Virus record (IMG/VR): IMGVR_UViG_3300017917_001030
Span: 32,001-96,000 of that record
DNA from: a virus
Length of the DNA stretch: 64,000 nucleotides
Reading direction: 5' to 3' (one strand)
The translations under genes and the position numbers were made by a program. Below, piece by piece: positions 55,101 to 64,000 of this stretch. The notes beneath the pieces are model-generated. The model saw only the letters and a list, made by a program, of their open reading frames with translations. It did no database searches and was not told the DNA's origin. Numbering within the stretch: position 1 is the first letter of the stretch; each line of letters opens with the position of its first letter.

Positions 55101-56293
55101 TGTTATCATTCAATAATTTTTTAGTTGAAGCTGCGAGCGAAGACAAACTAAAACACCTAGAGCATTTAGAAGACCATGTTATAAATGCAGGAGCAGATGG
55201 TTTTGCTCATGCTGTTCATAATTTGGAAGACGTTCATGGTAAACTAAAAGGTGGTAAGAATAACACCACTGTAATGACCAAGTATGATGGTTCACCATCT
55301 ATTGTCTTTGGTCATAATCCAGAGAACGGCAAATTCTTTGTTGCATCTAAATCTATTTTCAATAAGAATCCTAAATTAAACTACGATGAAAATGATGTAG
55401 ATGCCAACCATGGACATGCTCCTGGTCTGGCGCAAAAGTTGAAAGCAGCTTTGCAACATCTACCTAAAGTTACACCGAAGGAAGGTGTATATCAGGGTGA
55501 TCTAATGCACTCAGGTGTTAAGAATAGTGACAATCCATATGGTGATATAGAAGAAAAAGGTGGTAAGTATCACTTCAAGCCAAACACCATTACCTATTCT
55601 ACAGATAAGAATTCTAAAGAAGGTCTTGCTGCAGGTAAATCTAAGTTAGGTGTTGTTGTCCATACCGCGTATAAAGGTAAGACAATTGAAAGTATGAAGG
55701 CTGATTATACACCTGATGTATCACACTTTACCCAACATCCAGACGTACATCTAATCAATAACAGAGAAGACGTACACTCTGCAAAATTAACACCGGAGCA
55801 AGAAACTAAATTTAAGCGTCATCTAAACGCAGCTAAGAAGGCATTTGCCGAAGCACCGATGACTGCTTTACATGCTATATCAGGTCACGAAGAACATCTA
55901 AAGAACTATGTGAACTCCACTGTTAGAGATCAGACAAGACCTACAGTAAACGGCTATATAAAACATCTTGAGAGTAAACATAGAGCAGCAATATCCAAGC
56001 TAAAGTCGGATAAAGCTATTGCCGAAAAGACAGCATCTATGCACAACGAGTTAGCTACCGCTAATCGTAAGAGAGATCATTTTGAGCACGTACTTAAGAT
56101 GCACTATCAATTACAACGTGCTAAGGATGAATTAACACACGCCTTGTCGTCTGCTAAGTTCCCATTCGAGCATTACATAAACGACAAGAAAGTTAAGCCA
56201 GAGGGATTTGTTGTTGTTCGTAATAACAGACCATCTAAATTTGTTGATAGAGATGAATTTAGTCGTGAGAACTTTGCTGCAAGACCAAGATAA
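55100..56293 (+). CDS. Conserved T4-like protein with RNA-ligase-like KxDG motif
   Basis: HLEHLED, TKYDGSP, YQGD, PEGFVV, KFVDR.EFS..NF. Confidence 0.7.
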   Translation: MLSFNNFLVEAASEDKLKHLEHLEDHVINAGADGFAHAVHNLEDVHGKLKGGKNNTTVMTKYDGSPSIVFGHNPENGKFFVASKSIFNKNPKLNYDENDVDANHGHAPGLAQKLKAALQHLPKVTPKEGVYQGDLMHSGVKNSDNPYGDIEEKGGKYHFKPNTITYSTDKNSKEGLAAGKSKLGVVVHTAYKGKTIESMKADYTPDVSHFTQHPDVHLINNREDVHSAKLTPEQETKFKRHLNAAKKAFAEAPMTALHAISGHEEHLKNYVNSTVRDQTRPTVNGYIKHLESKHRAAISKLKSDKAIAEKTASMHNELATANRKRDHFEHVLKMHYQLQRAKDELTHALSSAKFPFEHYINDKKVKPEGFVVVRNNRPSKFVDRDEFSRENFAARPR

Positions 56294-56344
56294 TATATTA
56301 CTATCACCCAGGCTCATAGAGTATGCTAACACCGTGTCAATAAG

Positions 56345-57994
56345 ATGTCTATAAAAAGTATTAAAGAAAAAGAACTTTTGGTTAACTTTGCTAAATCGTT
56401 AGGGCAAGAGATTGACCCACGTATGGTTGAAGAAGTCGAGCGGTTGAACAAGATCAAGGCGCAGATACAAGAATCGGTTAAAGATAATGTTTTTATTGAT
56501 CTATCTAATGCTATAAAGCAACAGTCGCAACCTGTTTTGGTTGAAAGTAATTATCCGGTGCCTCCATCGCTGGATGACCTAATGAATCTAATGGAGGAAA
56601 AGGAGACGGAGAATGAGTTGGTTCAAGCACAAACCACCGAAGAACCCACCCTTACCGAAGAAACCAAAACCGATACCCCCGCCGATAAGCCAGCAACCCT
56701 TGCAGAAGTAACAGCAAAATTTATTTCGGAAGCACCTAAAGATAGTTTCCAACAACCCGATCCACTACCTGTACCAGGTAATTTGGCTGAGATACAAAAG
56801 AAGTTAAAGTTTCTTGAGCAATGGATCGGTAAAGTATCAATGGCTGGGCCTGGCTCTGGCGAAACAAGATTTAGATTTTTGGATGATATTAGACGTGAGA
56901 CTATAGATGATACTCACAAGGTATTAAGATATTATCCTTCTCAGAATCCTGCATATAGTAAGTTTGGTTTTGGTTTCTTAAGTGGAGATCAGGGCCCTAT
57001 CTATTCTATGCGTTATGACACGAATGGTTATACCAGTAACGCAAACGTAACCGCTGGTCTAACTGCTTGGAATAAAACAAAAGATTGTTTGGACATTTAT
57101 CAGGCTGACGGTTCAGTTCTACAGACGGGCCTTGAAAACTATATTCGAGTATATAACACATCAGCCAATACAATAAACCAAGGTACATTTGTTCAATTTG
57201 GTGGAGTATATACTGATAATGAGGAAACACCTATTGCCGTTCCCTTTGTCAATGATGCCAATGCTGTTCCTTTATATAGCATAGGTGTTGTAACAACCAC
57301 TATAGGATCAAATGCTGCAGGCAGAGCTACGGTGCTAGGAGAGGTTCATGGTATAGATACTTCGGGTAATGTTTCTGGCGAATCGTGGAACGTGGGCGAT
57401 TTACTTTGGGCTAAACCTGGTGCGCCGGGCAAATTAACAAAGGTCAAACCTACTGCACCGAATGTGGTTGTTTCCGTCGCTGCAGTGTTGAAAAAAGACT
57501 CTACGGATGGTACTTTATTAGTCCGTCCTACAATATGGCCCAGATTATATTACGCTAGTTTTTCTGATACAACAGATCAATATGCAGCAAACGTAAATAC
57601 TGCATATGCTATAACATACAATACTGTAGATATTGCTAGTGGATTTGAAATAGGTACACCGAGATCTAGAGTGTATGCAAGAAATTCTGGTTTATATAAC
57701 TTCCAGTTTTCTGCTCAGTATGTATCCACAAACTCCAGCGCTAAAGATGTGTATATTTGGATAAGAAAAAACGGCCAAGATATACCTAATAGTGCATCGA
57801 GAAAATCTATAACAGGTAACGGTGTTTATGATGTTCTAGCTTGGAACTTTATTGTCAGTATGAATGCTAATGATTATTTTGAATTAATGTGGGCGGCGAA
57901 TGACACCACAATTAGGCTTGCAGCACCCGGAGCAACCTCTTTTTGCCCTGCGATTCCTTCAGTGATTCTAACGGTTACCGAAGTAGCTCTATAA
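56345..57994 (+). CDS. Hypothetical virion or fibre-associated protein
   Basis: GSGE.RFRFLDD; beta-rich C1q-like tail (GLYNFQFSAQ, IPSVILTV). Confidence 0.65.
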   Translation: MSIKSIKEKELLVNFAKSLGQEIDPRMVEEVERLNKIKAQIQESVKDNVFIDLSNAIKQQSQPVLVESNYPVPPSLDDLMNLMEEKETENELVQAQTTEEPTLTEETKTDTPADKPATLAEVTAKFISEAPKDSFQQPDPLPVPGNLAEIQKKLKFLEQWIGKVSMAGPGSGETRFRFLDDIRRETIDDTHKVLRYYPSQNPAYSKFGFGFLSGDQGPIYSMRYDTNGYTSNANVTAGLTAWNKTKDCLDIYQADGSVLQTGLENYIRVYNTSANTINQGTFVQFGGVYTDNEETPIAVPFVNDANAVPLYSIGVVTTTIGSNAAGRATVLGEVHGIDTSGNVSGESWNVGDLLWAKPGAPGKLTKVKPTAPNVVVSVAAVLKKDSTDGTLLVRPTIWPRLYYASFSDTTDQYAANVNTAYAITYNTVDIASGFEIGTPRSRVYARNSGLYNFQFSAQYVSTNSSAKDVYIWIRKNGQDIPNSASRKSITGNGVYDVLAWNFIVSMNANDYFELMWAANDTTIRLAAPGATSFCPAIPSVILTVTEVAL

Positions 57995-58003
57995 TTCAAA
58001 AAT

Positions 58004-58011
58004 TATAAATA
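58004..58011 (+). promoter_or_regulatory. T4-type late promoter
   Basis: TATAAATA. Confidence 0.75.
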
Positions 58012-58042
58012 ATAAGTCTAAACTATATTCTAATGGAAAACA

Positions 58043-59926
58043 ATGGATTTCAAACAATTTCTCTCCGAGGAAAAGCACGATACCATCGCAGTTCTTAATG
58101 GTAGAATGACCCCTGTTACCAAGGGTCACGAAGAGAACGTAAATGGGCTAAAAAAGTTGGCAAAAGAACATAATGCCGATCATTTAGTTATTGCTACTCA
58201 CTCCCACGATACAAAGACTGAAGGCTCTGCTAATAAAAATCCTCTTTCTCCAGCGCAGAAAGAAAAGCACCTTCATAGAGCATTCCCAAACACAAATATA
58301 CAGATGACTTCTAAAGAGAAGCCATCCATTTTCCATCATCTTTCTGACCTTCATAAGAAAGGTTATAAGCACGTTGTTCTTGCATCCGGTGCTGATAGAA
58401 CAGAGGATTATGAGCGAGTAAAGAAGTATAACGGTGTTAAGGGTTCTCACGGTTACTACAAATTTAAATCCATTAAGACAGCAAGTACAGGTGAAAGAAA
58501 AGAAGGCGTATCTGGTACAGATATGAGAAAACACGCCGCTTCTGGTAACTTTGAGAAGTTTAAAGAAGGCCTTGCATCTAAGCTTGCAAGCAACGAAAAG
58601 CATGCTAAAGACATCTATAACGATGTTAGACACGGTATGCATATCAAAGAAGATTACGAAAATCCAAACAGATTCGATTGGGGCACACCCGAAGGTACTA
58701 ACCATGCCATGAAAATGACACCTGGAATGGAACCAGAAAAGATTGTTTGTCCTGTTGGCGAAACATGGAGCAAAGGAAAGGGAACGTGTGTTCCTATTCG
58801 TGAAGCATATATTGCTAACGAAATATTCAACCTTGGTTCTATTGTAGAAGCAACCGACGGTGTTGCAGGTGAAATCGTTTACAGAGGTTCCTCTTACGTA
58901 ACTATACAATTAGAAAATGGTGAGACAACAAAGCGTTGGTTAAAAGACGTGAAAGAAAGCACCAAAGAAATAATTATTAGCAAGAAAAAAATTAAAGAAA
59001 ATGTTTCTCCTGCTAGAAAAATTCCTGCTCTGTTAATGTCTAAAGAACAGTTAGCGGAAATGACCCGTGGTAATATGGAAATAGAATACATGGGTTACAA
59101 AACATCTAACCTTCATATGTCAACAGATGCTTCAGAAAAGCTAAAAGAACTGACTAGAAGAAATGATGTCAATCCTAAATTTGTTATGCAGGCTATCAGA
59201 GCGACGGATAATTATTTGCAGATACAAAAGGATGCATCTAACGAAGGTTTCGCAAAAGAAGAAACCGTCCATAGCTTTGTAAATATGGTAGCAATTGCTC
59301 ACGATACATTAAATATGCTAGGCGTATCTGATCAAGAACTAGTATATATGAATGATAACCTTAAAGCAATGTCCGATCTAAGTATGCACCGAGATGGTTC
59401 TTTTGCTAACGAACCTTATGTCGCTGTTCCTGTTGCAGGATTAGGTGATATAGAAGAAGGTGTTGATTCTTCAGACTACAGAATTGTTGTTGATAGCTTG
59501 GGGCGTAAACGAAGAGTTCGTGCTAACAGAATAATTACAGATAAAGAAACAGACAAGGATACCGAAATGAAAGAATCCAAATTAAATCTATCTTCATTCA
59601 GAGAAAAGATCAAGGTAGAAGAGCAAACAGTTGATCCAAAATCATTAGATGCTATTGAATCTCCTACACACGCCAGAGATATTAATTTTAGAGGCGAAAA
59701 AGATGTATTCCATGGAATTGATAAGCCTATTGAAGGACAAGATGTTGACGGCAAACAGCTAGGCATGGTTTCATTCAAGTCTTTTATGAATGCTCCAGAA
59801 ACACAAAAGGTTGCTGCAGAGCATGCTAAGGATAGACAAGATGTACACAGAGCGCAGGTAGAATTGGCACAAAGCCATAGCCCTGCATATAAACAAATGT
59901 CAAAAGCAGCTAGACAGGACGTATAA
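58043..59926 (+). CDS. Cytidyltransferase-like (HIGH fold) protein with long C-terminal extension
   Basis: GRMTPVTKGH, KNPL, GADR, VSGTDMR. Confidence 0.75.
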   Translation: MDFKQFLSEEKHDTIAVLNGRMTPVTKGHEENVNGLKKLAKEHNADHLVIATHSHDTKTEGSANKNPLSPAQKEKHLHRAFPNTNIQMTSKEKPSIFHHLSDLHKKGYKHVVLASGADRTEDYERVKKYNGVKGSHGYYKFKSIKTASTGERKEGVSGTDMRKHAASGNFEKFKEGLASKLASNEKHAKDIYNDVRHGMHIKEDYENPNRFDWGTPEGTNHAMKMTPGMEPEKIVCPVGETWSKGKGTCVPIREAYIANEIFNLGSIVEATDGVAGEIVYRGSSYVTIQLENGETTKRWLKDVKESTKEIIISKKKIKENVSPARKIPALLMSKEQLAEMTRGNMEIEYMGYKTSNLHMSTDASEKLKELTRRNDVNPKFVMQAIRATDNYLQIQKDASNEGFAKEETVHSFVNMVAIAHDTLNMLGVSDQELVYMNDNLKAMSDLSMHRDGSFANEPYVAVPVAGLGDIEEGVDSSDYRIVVDSLGRKRRVRANRIITDKETDKDTEMKESKLNLSSFREKIKVEEQTVDPKSLDAIESPTHARDINFRGEKDVFHGIDKPIEGQDVDGKQLGMVSFKSFMNAPETQKVAAEHAKDRQDVHRAQVELAQSHSPAYKQMSKAARQDV

Positions 59927-59928
59927 AA

Positions 59929-60366
59929 ATGAATGAATTAGAATTAGCATTAAAGAAGGTACTTGCCGATACATTCACGATGTATTTTAAAGCACATGTA
60001 TTTCATTGGAACGTAGAAGGGCCTGATTTTAAACAGTATCACGATTTCTTCGGTGGTTTATATGAGGAACTATTTGGTGCAGTAGATCCCATTGCAGAAC
60101 ATTGCAGAGCTTTGGGATACTATACTCAGACATCTTTAAATCAGATGTTAGATTTAAAAATTATTCCTGAGCAAGAACAAGTTTTAACTGATCCAAGATC
60201 AATGGCACGAGAGTTGCTAACAAATAACGATATGATTATTGTATCGTTGATGCGTGCATATCAAGAAGCCGAAAAGGCAACAGAGCTTGGTCTATGTAAT
60301 TTCCTACAAGATAGAATTGATGTACACACCAAGCATGGTTGGATGTTAAGAGCGGTAACAAAATGA
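59929..60366 (+). CDS. dps: Dps/ferritin-like protein
   Basis: HWNVEG..F...H..F..LY, D.IAE, K..WML. Confidence 0.9.
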   Translation: MNELELALKKVLADTFTMYFKAHVFHWNVEGPDFKQYHDFFGGLYEELFGAVDPIAEHCRALGYYTQTSLNQMLDLKIIPEQEQVLTDPRSMARELLTNNDMIIVSLMRAYQEAEKATELGLCNFLQDRIDVHTKHGWMLRAVTK

Positions 60367-60821
60367 TTAAGTTTTCAGATTACCTAGGGCAAGATCTAGA
60401 AGTTAACGAAGAAGAACTTGTAGAATCTGTAGAGTGGGAAGATATCGAAGATACCTATACCGCTGAGGATTTTATTGAAGTTCTTGATGAAGAGTACTTG
60501 GACGAAAAGTTATCCGTTACAGCTAGAATTAAAAAGGGCCAGAAGTTAAAATCTAGAAAGACTGCGTTTGCGCAGGCCAGAAAGATGAAACTACGCAGAA
60601 CTTCTAACCCCGAAGTAATCGGTAAGCGTGCTAAAGTTGCAGCAAGACGTTCTATTATTAAGAAGTTATTAAAGGGCAGAGATAAGAGTAAGTTATCTGC
60701 TCAAGAAAAAGATAGAATAGAAAAACAAGCAACTATGATTATGTCTAATCAAAAGGGTCTTGTAGTTAGAATGATTCCAAAGGTTAGAGATTTAGAACGC
60801 CAACGGTTAAAGAGCAAATAA
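60363..60821 (+). CDS. Hypothetical protein, acidic N-terminus and basic C-terminus
   Basis: Coupled ORF; charge-segregated. Confidence 0.7.
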   Translation: MIKFSDYLGQDLEVNEEELVESVEWEDIEDTYTAEDFIEVLDEEYLDEKLSVTARIKKGQKLKSRKTAFAQARKMKLRRTSNPEVIGKRAKVAARRSIIKKLLKGRDKSKLSAQEKDRIEKQATMIMSNQKGLVVRMIPKVRDLERQRLKSK

Positions 60822-61732
60822 TGGACAAGGTTTCTTTAGCTATACAGGAAAATCTTAATAAATGGTTCAAAGAAAAGTGGGTTAGATTTGGACCAGATGG
60901 AAAAATAAGAGGAGCCTGTGCAAGAGGAGATGATTCTGAGGGAAAGCCGAAGTGTCTTCCAATGGCAAAGGCTCATGCATTAGGTAAGAAGGGTCGTGCT
61001 AGTGCAGCTGCAAGAAAACGCAGAGAAGACCCCAATCCAGAGCGTAGTGGTAGCGCAATTAATGTTGCTACTCGAAAAGAAGGAATAGAAATGGATAATC
61101 AGGCATGTCCTCATTGTGGTGGACCTCTATTTGAAGATTTGTTAATGGCTGAAGAAAAAGACGCATGCTATTATAAAGTTAAGAGCAAGTATAAAATATG
61201 GCCAAGTGCTTATGCATCTGGTGCGTTAGTTCAATGCAGAAAAAAGGGCGCCTCTAATTGGGGAAATAAAAACGAATCCGAAGGTACAGATATGAAGATG
61301 AAGAAAAAGACATATTCAAAGTTAAAAGAGGAACTAGACCAGGTATATTGTTCTGAGTGTCTAGAAGACGAGTATGGATATGTCGAGGAAACCTTCGAAG
61401 TAACAGGCAATGAGCAATATGAGGACTGGGGCGAGTCTGAAGACCTAACAGAAGCAGAATATCAAGGCAAACAAGTCTCACTTCATAAGCCTTTTAGAAC
61501 ATCAGATGGCAAAGGTAAATTTGCTGTCTATGCAAAGAATGAAAAAGGGAACGTAGTCAAAGTTAATTTCGGTGATACCACCGGATTGACAATTAAGACA
61601 AGCAATCCTGAAAGACGTCGTAATTTTAGAGCCAGACACAACTGTGATAATCCTGGTCCAAAACACAAGGCCCGTTATTGGTCATGCAAGGCATGGTCAA
61701 GAGGTTCGGTTAAAGCCGGAATCGGCGCTTAA
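60821..61732 (+). CDS. Multi-domain conserved phage protein
   Basis: WFKEKWV, DACY.KVK...WPSAYASG, RR.NFRARHNC, ARYWSC. Confidence 0.7.
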   Translation: MDKVSLAIQENLNKWFKEKWVRFGPDGKIRGACARGDDSEGKPKCLPMAKAHALGKKGRASAAARKRREDPNPERSGSAINVATRKEGIEMDNQACPHCGGPLFEDLLMAEEKDACYYKVKSKYKIWPSAYASGALVQCRKKGASNWGNKNESEGTDMKMKKKTYSKLKEELDQVYCSECLEDEYGYVEETFEVTGNEQYEDWGESEDLTEAEYQGKQVSLHKPFRTSDGKGKFAVYAKNEKGNVVKVNFGDTTGLTIKTSNPERRRNFRARHNCDNPGPKHKARYWSCKAWSRGSVKAGIGA

Positions 61733-61767
61733 TAAATATTCATAGAAACATCTTAAGGGAAACCAAA

Positions 61768-62646
61768 ATGCAAAGAATCACTAACGATTTGTTTGAGTCT
61801 ATCAGAAAAATTACTTCAACCGAAGTTCAACAGTTGTCTGAGGAATCTCAAACATTAGACGAAAAAAAGAAAATGAAAATGGAGAAGGAAGAGCCTGAAG
61901 AAAAAATGGAAAAAGAAGAAGGCGAATCCATGAAGGAAGCTCTTGTCGGTAAGCAAGCTGTTCTAGATAAAAATAAGAACAACAAGCTAGACAAAGAAGA
62001 CTTCAAAATTCTTCGCGGTGAAAAGGCAATGAAGGAAGAAGAAGAAAAAGAAGATGAAAGTCTTGATGAAGCTTCTTACTCCGCTAAGGCAGCCCGCAAG
62101 GGTAAAGATATCGGCAAGCCAGGCAAAATGTTTGGTAAGATTGCAGGTAGTGCAGCTAAGAAATATGGCTCTGAAGAAAGAGGCAAGAAAGTTGCTGGTG
62201 CAGTTCTAGCTAAGCTACGTGCTAAGCATATGAAAGAAGAAGCAGATCTAATTGAATCTGTTACAGAAACAGTTATCAAGCATGATGACTTTGTAATTGA
62301 AGTTACAAATAATCCTACAGTAGGAGACTTCTTGAAGGCGTTGCAAACAATCGTTCCTGTTCAAGAAGAAGCAGATCAAGCGGAAGTTGTTGCTGCAGCA
62401 ATGGAAGCATTCGACGAGCAAAACGTTGATGTTATCATTGAAGCATTTACACGTTCTGAGATTGGTGAGAAAATTGCTGCTCATAAAAAGGCAGGTAACC
62501 TAGTGGCAGGCGAAAAGTTTTCTGTTAAGGACGGAAAGCCATACGCTGAATATGTGGTAACTGATAAAGAAGGTAACCGCAAAAAATATATTCATCATGG
62601 CACGACACGTCGCATGGAAAGCATGCTAGCATCCAAAACAAAATAA
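61768..62646 (+). CDS. Glu/Lys-rich late protein (possible internal head protein)
   Basis: Repeated E-A/E-E segments; LDKNKNNKLD.EDF. Confidence 0.6.
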   Translation: MQRITNDLFESIRKITSTEVQQLSEESQTLDEKKKMKMEKEEPEEKMEKEEGESMKEALVGKQAVLDKNKNNKLDKEDFKILRGEKAMKEEEEKEDESLDEASYSAKAARKGKDIGKPGKMFGKIAGSAAKKYGSEERGKKVAGAVLAKLRAKHMKEEADLIESVTETVIKHDDFVIEVTNNPTVGDFLKALQTIVPVQEEADQAEVVAAAMEAFDEQNVDVIIEAFTRSEIGEKIAAHKKAGNLVAGEKFSVKDGKPYAEYVVTDKEGNRKKYIHHGTTRRMESMLASKTK

Positions 62647-62663
62647 AGACGGTAACTCGTTTT

Positions 62664-62671
62664 TATAAATA
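62664..62671 (+). promoter_or_regulatory. T4-type late promoter
   Basis: TATAAATA. Confidence 0.75.
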
Positions 62672-62690
62672 ATAAAAATAGGAGACAAAA

Positions 62691-63230
62691 ATGTCACAAT
62701 GGGGTAAATTAGAAAGACTAGAACAAGCAGCAACAGCTACAGCAAATACAGGTAGCTCTACTATTGTTCTAAGTACACAACGTGCTACAGCAGCTAACGG
62801 CTGGGCAGTTGGTTATTCTGTAGTTATTGCTAACGTAGATTACAGAATCGCAGCAATCACTTCTGCAAATACAGTAGTATTAGACACCGCATATGTTGGT
62901 GCTAACGTTGCTGCAGCAAACGTTGCTATTCAGCAAGATCCAAAAGATATCAGAACAAATGGTTGGGGTACAACTTTTGCATCTGGTAGCGGAGCAAATA
63001 CTGTAAACAAAGGTACAGTATATGGTGTTGACCGTACTGAAATGGGTGTTGCTGGTAATAAGGCTAACGGCTTTAGCCACACTGGTTGGACTTACTACAA
63101 GACATATACTAATACACAAGGCGCAACACGCCACAAGGCAGAGGTATTAGTTGCTATGTCCAAGAACTTTAACGCTAACGCAACAGGTACACTACAAACT
63201 GATGCTAATGACGGCTCTGTTCTAAGTTAA
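62691..63230 (+). CDS. Virion structural protein
   Basis: MSQWG start; YGVD, HTGW, R.KAEVLVAM. Confidence 0.7.
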   Translation: MSQWGKLERLEQAATATANTGSSTIVLSTQRATAANGWAVGYSVVIANVDYRIAAITSANTVVLDTAYVGANVAAANVAIQQDPKDIRTNGWGTTFASGSGANTVNKGTVYGVDRTEMGVAGNKANGFSHTGWTYYKTYTNTQGATRHKAEVLVAMSKNFNANATGTLQTDANDGSVLS

Positions 63231-63252
63231 TCCTTTCTCCTAGGGTGGGTTA

Positions 63253-64000
63253 ATGGCAGATACAAGAGTATCGCAGCTTAATACTGCAAATGTAGTTAAT
63301 AAGGACGACTTACTATATTTAGTACAAAATGATGAGAGCAAAAATGTAACTGCGGGTACATTATTTGCTTCTATAGTTGATCCTACATTAACTGGTAATA
63401 TATCGTTGGGTGGTGGCATCGTTGATGTCATCACTGGTCCTGGTGTCATTGACATCACAACCACAAGAACTGATCTTTTTGGTGGCGTTTCGGCTGATGC
63501 TAACGCCATTGCAAACGGGTCGGTTCTTCCTTCCACGATTTATTTCTACACTGCGAACACATCTGCTTCTGGTAGAGGTCTAACCTTTAAACCAGATACG
63601 CCATTAAATAAAACCCTTTATGTTACCCATGCTCGCGGTAAGATTCACTTATCTGGCGCACCAGGAACAGTAACATATGGCCCAGATGATTGGGTTGGTT
63701 CAGATGGTTTAAGACCTTTCCCTCGAGGTTTACACTTCGTTAAGGGATCTACATATACTCTTGATGTTAGTGATCCAACTAACGCAAGTAATATTATTGG
63801 TCTTTCTACATCTATTGACGGTTTAAACACATTAGGTCAAGATTACACTGTTAATGTAACACGTAATGGTACTCCTGGTACACCTGGCGCTAATATTGTT
63901 TACTACTTCCCAGATGTTCCTACGGATCTAGGCGGTAAGAACTACCTAGATATTCCTCAGGGTGTTGACGGTCAGTTAAAGGTTATTAACCTTGTTACGA
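63253..64000 (+). CDS. Virion or tail-fibre-like protein, 3'-truncated by window
   Basis: MADTRVSQL start; GSTYTLDVSD, GTPGTPGA; open to window end. Confidence 0.7.
   Translation, partial: MADTRVSQLNTANVVNKDDLLYLVQNDESKNVTAGTLFASIVDPTLTGNISLGGGIVDVITGPGVIDITTTRTDLFGGVSADANAIANGSVLPSTIYFYTANTSASGRGLTFKPDTPLNKTLYVTHARGKIHLSGAPGTVTYGPDDWVGSDGLRPFPRGLHFVKGSTYTLDVSDPTNASNIIGLSTSIDGLNTLGQDYTVNVTRNGTPGTPGANIVYYFPDVPTDLGGKNYLDIPQGVDGQLKVINLVT

Noticed and set aside
58184-58909. 241-aa minus-strand ORF and similar antisense ORFs
   Set aside because: Fully antisense to motif-bearing genes; typical codon-bias shadows.

Overview
This window is part of a large lytic T4-like (Tevenvirinae-related) phage genome, AT-rich and read in the standard genetic code. 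The host is not determinable from sequence; a proteobacterium is plausible. In order it contains: the end of gp46, peptide deformylase and a CobT/CobS-like VWA-MoxR pair; a ~16 kb nucleotide-sugar/glycosyltransferase cluster behind a T4 late promoter; the replication core (gp45, gp44, gp62, regA, gp43, uvsX, gp40, gp41) with Hsp20, a PBP-like peptidase and a reverse-strand cassette of secreted/membrane genes; a ~9 kb array of 33 tRNAs covering all 20 amino acids (plus one separate initiator-like tRNA); auxiliary genes (rubrerythrin, rubredoxin, rpoZ, Dps); and late/virion genes. The two best candidates for undescribed systems are both in the tRNA region. (1) A 38-codon leader ORF uses all 20 amino acids and 32 different codons and is wired to a terminator/antiterminator upstream of the array, suggesting a sensor of any tRNA shortage. 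(2) Six copies of a covarying-stem ncRNA carry circularly permuted tRNA elbows or anticodon-like loops (Y-RNA-like) and end directly upstream of a DUF2828-type (TROVE/Ro60-like, VWA) gene. All calls come from reading the sequence by eye; no database searches or folding programs were run.
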